Assembly (NCBI RefSeq): GCF_001949145.1
Contig: NW_019091362.1
Coordinates: 2,654,204-2,718,203, forward strand
Origin: Acanthaster planci
Lineage: Eukaryota
Length of the DNA: 64,000 nucleotides
Reading direction: 5' to 3'
Shown: in pieces, positions 50,801 through 61,780 of the stretch
How positions within the stretch are numbered: position 1 is the stretch's first letter
Layout: each line of letters opens with the position of its first letter
Notes under the pieces: model-generated
What the model was told of the DNA's origin: nothing
Database searches by the model: none
What the model saw: the letters and a program-made list of their open reading frames with translations, nothing else
Translations under genes and position numbers: made by a program

Positions 50801-53800
50801 GTTAAAACTTCTGAGGAATGCCACAATTTTTCTAACATTATTCTAGTTTGAATTAGTGTCATTTACATATTCAATGGAAGAAAAATCCTGATACTATCAC
50901 CTTGCTGAATATATACAGCTGAAATCTGAAATTTTTTGAGAATACACTTTGTTGCTTAGTCAATGGTTAATGGGATTTTGGCATTAGATTTTCCACGAAA
51001 AAGCACATTGTAAGAAAGTTAACTCATATGCATTTTTAGGGGGGTCGCTTGTTCATTTTTTTGATCATCAGAAAAAAGTTAGAACAATGCCACATGCCAT
51101 GCAGACAACATCATGCTATTTTAAAACTCAGCACTGAAGATCAAGTGCTATATAGGTAGAGTGCGCCCAAATGCAAGTTGCTATACACTGCAGAATCCCA
51201 AGATGATGGTCAGTAGTTACTTAAGGGTTATTGCTCCATTTGGTACTGATCTCACATGTGCACTCTGATCTGAATGCCATTCAGCACACTGAGCCAATGC
51301 TGCCTTCTAGGTTTCCCTTCCAATTCTGACACTAACTCTTTCATTTCTTTAACAAAAGTCTCAGATACAAAAGGTTTGAGTACACTATATGTCGCAGTAT
51401 GCAACATCGGTACATCACTGTAAAGAGTAATTCACAAAAGTGGGTTTCTTTTCGGCATGGTCTGACAGTTTCTTCAGCATGTCTGGTAAAGTCATAAAGG
51501 TACTGTACTCATGATATAGGGCTAGTACCAGTAGTGTCTAGTTTTGCACAAAACTCCAAATGGCCACAAACAAGCTGGGAATCCAACTTTCTGTAGTTCT
51601 GATATTCCTTATCAACTGGAAACAAAATTTTAACTAACCTTTTTTTTTTTCAAACTTGAAACCAAGATCTGTGGCAAAATCAGGCACCAGCACTGTCGGA
51701 TGTGGGTGGAAGTCACTGACTAGAATTTCCTGAAGCCAGAGGAGGATGAGAGAGCGCCAGTACACAATCAGCACGGTCAGAATATCATCTCAGAAAGCAA
51801 ACAGTCTTTGCAACATGTATGACACTCCAGAGGGAAAGTTTGATCGCAGGAGATGGAATGAGAATACTGATTCGGATTGACGAGCACCCGTGAATGACCA
51901 CTGATATTTCAGCGACTCCCCCTGCTTTGGCAAGCTGCGGTCGGCCGGCTACATGTGATCTAGTTCATTCAGTGCACACCAATGGACACATTCTGCTCTG
52001 CCACGGCAGCTTCCCACAGACTCATAATAGCAATACGAGTACCACTATGATACTACACGAGCCAGTCATCCGGCAAGAGTTTACCCAATGACGTCGGCTT
52101 TGTCATTGGCTGGGGAGCCAGCCTGGGACATTCTAACCCCCCCCTCTCCCTGGGATATGGGGCATTGCAGAAAGTATGAATTGTTACTCTGCAAGACTCG
52201 CCAGTTGGGCACAGAAAAGACCACCCGGTTTTTCAAACAGGCAACACATTTTTTTTTGGAACAGGTATATTGGTTCTGATCATTAGTCGGAACAGGTTTA
52301 TTTGAACCTCTCTCTCTCTCTTAAAAAGAGGCCAACATGATCTTTTTCTCTGTGCTCAGATTGACAACTATCAAGCACACTTTATATGGATACAGTTTTA
52401 ATAGATTAAGAATCACGACAGTTTTGCTGAACAGAATTGGCAGTCAATAAAATAGCAAATTTTACTTTAAACTGAAAGAGGCCCAAGGTGCTTTGCATCA
52501 ACCTACTTTGTACCTGCCAGACAAGAAAAATCAGGAAAATAATGATGATCCGAAGTTGTACACATCATGTACATGTAAGCTGTTAAAATCAAAGTTACTT
52601 TTAATTTAATCTTGCTTTCTTACTGTGAACACTGACACAAATGGAGCCGAGTAGGAATGCACCCCCTCCCACAAAAGAAAGGATAAATGATGTCTTTTCT
52701 TACATATCCAATTCCACCATTTGTCACATCTAACATTCAAAGTTTCAAAATAATTGGAGGCAGGCATGCTGCAGTCTTGCAATGTTGATTTAATGTGGTC
52801 AGATCACTGGGAGGTAAGGTATGTATGGACTCATATCCACTTCAACCTGTCACCGTGATCCCACACCACAAAAAGGAAAATGAACATCCATCACAAAGTG
52901 CACTAGTCCCCCAGGCAGCAGGTAAGGTCCACTCCCACCTGTTGTTTGGCCCTCTGTTTATTTTCATACCTCATATCTGCCGTGCGCCGGAACATTTGGT
53001 GAAACCATGGTGAAACCGTAGAGCTTGTGAAACATGGAAGGGCAGACCGACTAGGTAAAGCTCACCCTGCAAAGGGCTTTTCATGTTTTAAATTAGGACA
53101 AAATCCTGCACTCCCCCCCTCTCTCCACTTTATCTTTCACTACATTTGAAGAGAAACAACAAGCTTCAGCACGTAGCACCATCTTCAGAGCTGAATGAAG
53201 AAATTCTGATTCTGACGCTCACAAGCCACTCCAAATTGACACACTGCCGCAATCAGACTTCCTTTAAAACAAAGAGTTTGTGTACATGTAACACTTTCAA
53301 GTGCAAACACACAATAACACTGGACCCTGGGACCCTAGGTTTGGGGTTACCCACAAACCACAATAGGTAGTTTTGTCAATTTGTCAGAAAAATTTGCAAG
53401 GCGTGTGACTTGTTTTTGGCAGGGCAGGGCCTGATGCCTGATGGAATGTAAGCCTGAGGCTCTTCTGTTGTTTCCACAGCTGCTTCCATCAGGGGATGGC
53501 TGGAGGGTAGGGAAGGGGTTAGGAGTGGGCTCTGCTCAGTCAAGCATAGAGTGAACATGGACATCATCCGGTGGGCAATGCAGCCAAGATTATGATTTAT
53601 TTTTCCCAGTTTGTGGGGTGTTAAATCTTCATCATGAGGGATCAGCACTTTACAATTTATACTAGCTGAACTTTGACACAGTTCATAGCTGCCAGCTGAC
53701 CTGATTGTGATGGTAACACAGCATACACGTGTATAGCCTCTATGGCAGAAGACAGCACCAGTTCAACTGAACACATCCAATTTGTTGCCATTGACACTCA

Positions 53801-54405
53801 ACAGGCAATGCCATGCACACACACTATTTTGACTCTCACAGTCCCCAATCCTCCAATTTCAATACGATTTTACATATGAACTAGGGGATCCTGTTAAAAA
53901 CCAACTGCAGGTAATGGGTATATGCTTGTCAGACTACATAAAATATGCTCCGACCATCCCCAGCTCCAGTAACACTGAAGAAAGGTAACAAGACCTCCCT
54001 GATACATGTCAAGATCTATAAAAAGTGCAGATCCCTTGCTGCTGTCTTAAGCAGAATCTACATGTACAGCCCTACAATATTTATTTACCTAATAAGCCAT
54101 GTCGACTGATAAACTACTGTACATTAACATGGTCAGCCTGTGCTATATCCCTCCTTTCTCTATGATATACCACAGTAGAGTCTTGGAAAGGTCAACAGCC
54201 ATCTGATACTTGACCTGGCAAAACAGACAGACCAGGCTGGGGCTGGCTTCATGGGGAAAGTAATCTTGACCCCACCCCAACACACACAGAGCATAAATCA
54301 TGCAAACTTTTTGGGCCACTTGCACAGCACTTCATTTCCTTGGCGAACTTGGTTTATGGTTCACTGTGTTCCCCTAGAGGTCCAGCTCGAAAAGCCTATT
54401 TGGCT

Positions 54406-54825
54406 ACATCCATGATAATATTAGTTATCACACAAGAGTTGAACACAGAATAATGTAGTGCGTCCCGTATTCCACGAGGCCGATGGCAAAGGAACAAGGG
54501 ACACAGACACACTAGATTATTCTGTGTTCAACAAGCGCATGTGTGACAACGAATTGATCTTCAAGCAAACTTGACGCGCAGTAAAAAGTGTTATCAGGGC
54601 CTATGCGCGCAAACTCGTCACCTTTGAATTTAAAGTAAATTTTGCAGTTGTGCATGTTGCTTTTAGCTTGCTTTTAGCCTAATACGTTGAGTTAGAACAG
54701 TGCATTACACAGGGTTTGATATGAACTGTGCAATGTGGTTATATCACACTGCTTGTTGCCACGGATTGACCAATCAGAATTGAGACTTCAAGTTTCCCTG
54801 AAGATAATGTTACTATCATGGATGT
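54406..54825. mobile_element. TIR element (about 420 bp) with an internal hairpin
   Basis: acatccatgataata ... tactatcatggatgt; internal ttgaacacagaataat.tagtg pairs with cactagattattctgtgttcaa. Confidence 0.65.
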
Positions 54826-55199
54826 TATGTTAAATCTATCAAGTCAATATAATCCACTGGATCACAGGAATTTTTATACTTCCCCCTGGATGCTACAACA
54901 TGTCATATGAGTACAAGTTTCTGAGTTTTATTTAACTGGGTGGGGTTGGGTGGGGAGAGTTCCTTTAAAGTAAAAACACATCTCATTTCATTCCTGTTGA
55001 CCTTCAAATATAGTGCAAACATCCGGACACATCATCTTTTACAAACACACCTGGCCTCCCTGATTTTGTTTATTTTCATTTTTTAAGGTGCAATGTTATT
55101 ACGACTTACTCTGTTGAACTCTGTTTTACTTTGTCAGAACTTGCTTTAGCTTCAGTACTTTTTACCTTTGAATAGGGACCCGGGTGCAACTATTGGTTG

Positions 55200-55370
55200 T
55201 CAAGTTGGTGCAGTGGTACTTTTCTCACCTTCCACCTCTGCAACTTCAAAATCCCTGCCAAGCCAGCATGTAGATTGCTGGGGCTTTCAGTCCCTACTTG
55301 ACTGTGTTGGTTTCCTCGACAACAGTTGCCTTTTTTTTTTGATCCCACATCTGAATCTGATCACTTCTTC
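55200..55370 (+). mobile_element. tRNA-derived SINE remnant
   Basis: A-box-like tggtgcagtggta, degenerate B-box ttcaaaatccc, body gggctttcagtccctacttgactgtgttggtttcc. Confidence 0.5.
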
Positions 55371-58300
55371 ATTGTCTTCTCTCTATAGGTTTCTCCTTCC
55401 TCTTTATACCATAGGACTTCACTAGAAATAAATTGATGATGGGCTATCCCTGCCAAAGGCCACATACATGTAAGTGATAATAAATGAATAATTTTACTTG
55501 CTGTGCTTGAGCAGGCTTTTACCAGGTCAATTTAGATCGGCAGAGGACTGAACATGTCTCTCAAGGCAGTTATATGCACTTGTGCATTTTTGAACAGTGT
55601 GAGGACTAAACGATACTGTGCAATAGCCTTTAAATTGCATAAATCTAAATTGGGACATTTAGCCCCCCAAAAAGAAAAAAAAGTAATGTTTGTAAAAATT
55701 GTTTGTAATACTCTAAAACGATCCAGTGATTTCAGTGTCACAGTACAATAAGCAAGGAATGGTGGCCAACTGTACCGGCAAGCGTGCTTCAAAAAAAGAG
55801 AAGCTGAACTGAGGAACGAAGATTACAATTAAGAGCTAAATGCTTTCTTTGCATAACTTTTCGGGAAGGCTGCTCAGGCCAACATCCATACAAATACCCA
55901 GAACTGCCGGTATGTGATAACAACTGTGTATTGCAATATTTACATTCCAACATTGCTTCAAAACACATACTCATAAAAAGTTGGGATTTACAGTCGTGTT
56001 AATGTCAAACTGTCACTAATAAAAAAGTTTCCAATTCCAGAATGAAAGGTGTATTTGTAAGTCTTTAAAGAAAATTAAAATCTCTTCTTGTGAAATTTTG
56101 GGGAGACATACATGTGCACCACCTTGTAGCTCAAACATTCATGTATATGTAGGGGGAAAAAACACAGATCTTTTGAGTTGTTTTTAATTGTCTAGCTTGA
56201 TTTTTCATGAAGCACTAGCAAAGGCCTAATAGCTGCCGTTTTGACAAGTTCTATTAAATCTTCCCGTCCAAACATCCGGAGTCTGCCCGCTTGGTAGAGG
56301 CAAAACAAACCAATAGTCCTTCCCTCAGCTGGGAAACATATCAATGTTTGTCATGACAAATTAACCAATTCTACAACAAAAACACATAACATAATGCAAT
56401 TACATGTAGGGGTACCACCAGCTCAGTCTGCTTGTTTTCCAGCATCTACACAGTGCGCCTGCATTCACTTCCCACAACCCAGCTGTACGGGCACATGCAC
56501 CGGTAACTCTTCTGTTCTGACAGTCAAAAGGTCTATAATGGGCTACTTAAATTGGATAATGTCAGCTTGAATCCAAATCACTCCTGCATTTGATTTATCT
56601 TTCAAGCGTTCAGTTTCAGTTTCATGGATGCTTTGGTATCTTGTTTTGTGCATCCATTATGAGCCCGTGGTATTGATGACTCTGTGGCACATTGTTCTCC
56701 GGGGTATATATGTATTTGGAATTGGGAAACACTGCAAACACATTTATGAAAATGGGCATTTTTTTTCCAACAAATTATCAAACAAAACAGTGGTGGCACA
56801 GCATGATGCACGTCATGCATCTGCTACCTTTCTTGTCAATCCAATTTCCATTCGTGAATCCAAGTCCATAATGATGGAAATGTCTCATTTAAATCCTAGA
56901 CCACAACCAAGGGGGGGGGGGATGTCAGGTGGGATCGGACTCAAGATCTAGGCTATGAAAACTTCCTGCTACGGGCATCATGTTTTTCTAACTCTTTGGG
57001 CAGTCAAATGGAGCAAAGACAAGCTACTTGCCTCCTGGAGCAGGTGGTCCTAAGTACCCTGCTAGCTTGCATCCCCACCTCCATCAAACAATGCAGGTAC
57101 AAGCGTAAAGGCTACATGTACTTCATACCCAGTATAAAAGTTGAAATTGAAAGAAAGAATCCATATATGACACAATTGGCCACATTCATGAGTCGGCCAT
57201 CTTAAAAGGGAGGTGAGCCCCATGAAGCTCTTCCTGAAATTATCATATGGGTGAGAACAACATAATGCAGTTAGGATCACATGAAAGATTAAAATCCTCA
57301 TATTTGAAAGACATGTCTCCTGTAATGTCCAAATAAGAAGCATGTTTTCAATGTGAGGCTAAAACACTAAGTAAAGCAAAACAGTCAGGCTCCTTCCCAT
57401 TTCAGAGTGTTCCAAATCTAAAGTGGATTTGGGTGAGCATGATTCAAAAGTGAATAAAGCCCCAGTCCAACAAAAACTCATACTTACCGGTAACTCAAAA
57501 TGTCTTGAAGTGTCGAGACATCAACTAAATATGTTCCTGCTTACCCTCCAAGAGTATTATTAGTTTACCACACGGTGTTGGATGTTTCAGGACGTTTTTC
57601 GACAAAGTGCAAAGGGCTTCAACCTTTCAGAAACGAAACTAGAGCTTGAGCCAAATGGGGGGGGGTACATTCAGTATCAATTTCAACATGTTACAGATGG
57701 AAGGTTAAGTTTCAGTATACTGCAGCAGGTGGGCCAGGAACAAGCTGGCATTCACACAGCTGGAAGCCAAAGTGGATTGAGAAACATTAAGCACCAGACA
57801 AAAACATGAAATAATTGAATTAGTGAGTTCACAGTATCATGATCAAGGGACGTGATATCCTTCTCGGGATCCTGCCTGCGAATGGTATAAATTCTGCATG
57901 CACAAAAGCCACGGTCTGGTGTTGTCATGCATGAGCTCACAAACAGGTGTTTCTGTGAAACAGCTGTCAAAGTGAATGAGTAACAAGATGTTGAAACATT
58001 GGAAAACTCCAATATAGAATGTAACACACTCAGACTTGGGTAAAGGAAAATGTACGTTGTCGATGCTTGCTGCATCAGAACAACAAGACACAAGCCTACC
58101 AGTATAAATCTTACATGATAAACACAATACAAACTGTTAATCATCTTGCGAATGCAATTGCAATATGTTGTTATTACATCTGGAGCATTCACTCAACTCC
58201 CTGAACTGAATTAACTTACTAGTATAGGGTAATTAAAGGTGGTGTAAACTTCCCCAAATCAGACAATTGTATGATCCTGAAATACATTACTTGAAAAAAA

Positions 58301-59897
58301 AAACCCAAAGTACACAGCAGTCAGTCTGTAAAATATTTCAACCCAGAATAATGTAGTTGTTGAGAAAACCACAACATTTTGTTCTCTTTTTTTGATGGTG
58401 GTCGGCTGACCATTGTACACATATAAGAGTTTAATTCACTTCACACATCACATTCTTATACACGCGGCAATTTTCTTGTGTGTAGTGTTTGCAGATGTTG
58501 TTGGAGTCTTCATTAATGAATGGGTAAACCTAAAAGCAGCTAAAAAATATACCTGAAGAAATTCACCAAATGTACTGTAAACTGAAATTATAGGAAACTG
58601 AGTGTAAGGTAAAAAGTAGGACATAAATTGGATCAGTGTAAAGTTAAATTTTATTAAAAGAAACGATTTTCTTGACACAAATACTTTGCAAATACAACAT
58701 CACCTGTAGAGCATGATGGTATGGTACAAATACGGTGGCTGCCCAGTGAAAGGACTTTCGTCAACAAAAAGTACGATTTCCACACGTTAAACCTCCATGT
58801 TTCAAGACACAATTTCCTCTTTGCTTATAATTATTAGTCAACTAAGAATGAAGTTTTTAGACTTTCATTGACGTGTTGACTGACGTGAAAGTTTGGCCAT
58901 TAAGCACGATCACACATGCATCATCACATAGGCCTACTCCCTTTCAATGTCACGGACACAAGTCGACTACGTTCCTGGATGAAGTTTTTTCATGAATCTG
59001 CAATGCTACATAGTCAAGGAGGTGCATTACTCCAAGGTGAATTCACTGACTACATGTACTCCTGGCTGTTGAAAACTGCTTCTTTTTTTTATAAGGGAAA
59101 GAGATCCTGTCATCGCTTCTGACCCCACGGATGTTGTCCACTTACTAGGAATGCCCTGTAATTAACAGATTTTACGCAAGATAAATCACAAGATTTAATC
59201 ACTGAAAATGCCGCACTTTTTCTCTTGATTTTTCACAAGGCAGTTGACTCAAACATGAAACAAGTCAGTGGAATGTATGCAAGATGCAGTGAATATTACA
59301 CACCCCAATCAGCCAATCTTGTGAAGTTGAGACAAAAAAACCAATGGTGTACACTACCTTTAACAACTTAGTGTAGAGAAATACATGTACGTGTACATTC
59401 ACATCTATTTACATTACATCACGATAGTATACAACTGTGCCATACATGTATAGCATGTATCACACATTATCGACTACATATAATGCTGTATTACACATGA
59501 CATAATTCTTAGCCCCTGGCAGAGGGAGTGTGCATATTTTATTCTCTTCAGAAATTAGTGGGGTCATGAATCCAGAACTGTCTAAACCCCACAGCTTGTT
59601 TGACATCTCACTCTGGTTACACAGACAGCAATAGCTCCCGAACAATCTCAATTTCGCCTCACCCCCCAACTACTAGTAAATTAAGCCCTGTCACACTGGT
59701 AGGTGCACTCATCTTACATTTCCACTTGAACCTGTTACATCACTTACATGTATCTCTACTGTGACAAGCCCAATGCAAGTATGTACACCAGTTTACCTCC
59801 TCCCCCCCCCCAAAAAAAAACAGATCCAGGTGAAGGCTCTAAAATTTTCAGGAGGGTGGGGAGAAGAGTAAACTTTCGCAAATAGGATGATAAATGA

Positions 59898-60156
59898 ACT
59901 AAGAGAATGCCTGCCGGAACACCATGTGAAATCAGTCTCTTCTATAAAGCGGTGGTTCCAGAAGAACCAGTGAGTGTATACTGTACACTTGACGTTTTTT
60001 GACCAGGATGCTCAGGTCGTCCTCAAACGACCAGGATGCTCTGGTCGTCCTTGGGAGATGACTTGAGGATGACCAGGAGGCTGAATCTTTTCAGAACCAC
60101 CACTCTTACAAAAGAGATTGATTTCATATGGTGTACCCACAAAATCTTCTCTTAGT
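59898..60156. mobile_element. Palindromic element with arms of about 65 bp and central hammerhead-like remnants (Penelope-LTR-like)
   Basis: actaagagaa..acaccatgtgaaatcagtctctt..gtggttc is mirrored by gaaccac..aagagattgatttcatatggtgt..ttctcttagt. Confidence 0.7.
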
Positions 60157-60279
60157 CTTGCCTCCACCATTTAAAGTTTCAAATCTTACTTAAGTTAGGG
60201 GTTCTTTTTAGTTACAATATTTATACAACTAATGATATCTATTTGTTTCAATTTAGTTATAATTTTTGGTTTATCGTGT

Positions 60280-61110
60280 GCCGGGTCTCTCTATGTATGA
60301 ATCTCTATTCCACCCTTTGTCGTCCCATTCTTGAATACGGGATTCCTGCTTGGTTGCCACACCAAATCGGCCACATAAATTCTTTGGAAAAAAAATCCAA
60401 GATGTTCGGCACATGTCTGTATTCCTGCACCCAGGGGGTAGCTTGAGTATGGTGCTCGTCTTAAGATATTAGATCTAATGTCATTATATTACAGATATAG
60501 GTATCCTGCCAACTCATTTGTTTCCAAGTGCCTTTATGGTATTTATGATGTTTTCAGTTTATTTTTATCAACTCGTGTCATACTGATACTCTCAAATTCT
60601 ATCATACGTATGCTCGCACTGATAGTTTTAAATTTACTGTGTTTAATTGTTTTCCAGCCTATTTTGAATAGCTTCCTCCTGATTTGCGTCTTTATCTACT
60701 TTTTAGTATTTCAGGGTTTTCAAAAAACATCAAGCAGCACTTCAAGGACCTTAGTTGGGTTTCAAATACTTTTTAATGGATTTTTCTAAAATTAATTTTC
60801 AGATGTTTTATTTCTTTTAATTTGTCTTAAGATGTTAGCTCTGATGCCCCTTCATAATACCTTTTTTGTTTCCAAGTGCCTTTTGGTATTTCATGTTCAT
60901 TCTTTTCATTTTTTTTTCCCCTGCTAATTCACATTATATGTGGTACTCTTGAACTTTCCCATATGCATGCTCGCACTGATGGTTATAAATTTGCTGCTTT
61001 GGATCATTCTCAGCCTTTCTTGATCAACTCCCGCCAAATTTAAGTGATCAACTTCAACGTGCTAGTGCAAGCTTTTAACTAGCACTTTAGGACCTTAGTT
61101 GGATCTCTTT
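60280..61110 (+). mobile_element. 3' remnant of a non-LTR retrotransposon with an internal duplication
   Basis: LYSTLCRPILEYGIPAWLPHQIGHINSLEK is typical of the post-RT region of CR1/Jockey-type ORF2; 60518-60760 is repeated at about 60867-61102 (tgtttccaagtgcctt, gctcgcactgat, aggaccttagttgg). Confidence 0.7.
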
Positions 61111-61697
61111 AATAGTCTTTATAATTTAATTTTTGTTTCTGTTGGTTTCCTTTTCCTTTTTTCCCTGTCTTCTCCATGAGGGAGAAGCCACAACGCTGCT
61201 TTCTTGTTTGGGTTGTCCTTGTTGCGTTTCATGGGGATTTTTAGGTTCAGCCACTTTGAAAGTGACTCTGTCACTATTTTGGTTATCCCTGCCAGAGGTT
61301 CTACCAGTTCGTATGTTTTTGTTTGTCTGTATATGTGTAGTGGTTGTTGGTACTCTCCCTCATGGACATGATCGAGTTGTGTGAGAGAGTGTGAGTATTG
61401 CTGTGTTGCACTTGAAGGTTGGTAGTTGCGTTTTTGTGCTGTGTTGATAGTTTGCTAGAGTAGTCTGGCTGGTGAGGTGTTTTTCTGGTATTTTAGTTAG
61501 TGTGCAATTATTTATATCTCTCATGTAATGTACTGAGATGGAGATGTTTTTAGGTGTGCCTCTTGTATGTAATTTGCATATTTTTGTATGTCCTTTTATC
61601 TGGCAAATAAATGAAATGTTACTATGTTTAATTAATGTAATGCGCTTGTGAACAGGTGTGTCGTGGAAAAAGCACAATAGAAGTTTTATTATTTGTA

Positions 61698-61780
61698 CAA
61701 ATGGGTCATTAGGGAGACATTTTGTGGTAAACTTTTCAACCTTAGCCTGGGGAGACATCGGTCATTAGGGAGACATTTCA
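61698..61780 (-). mobile_element. Partial copy of the 798-1065 MITE family
   Basis: Reverse complement closely matches 987-1064 (tgaaatgtctccctaatgac..tttaccacaaaatgtctccc). Confidence 0.75.

Noticed and set aside
55205..55260. tRNA gene
   Set aside because: Only A/B-box-like remnants; no cloverleaf can be formed and it continues into a SINE body.
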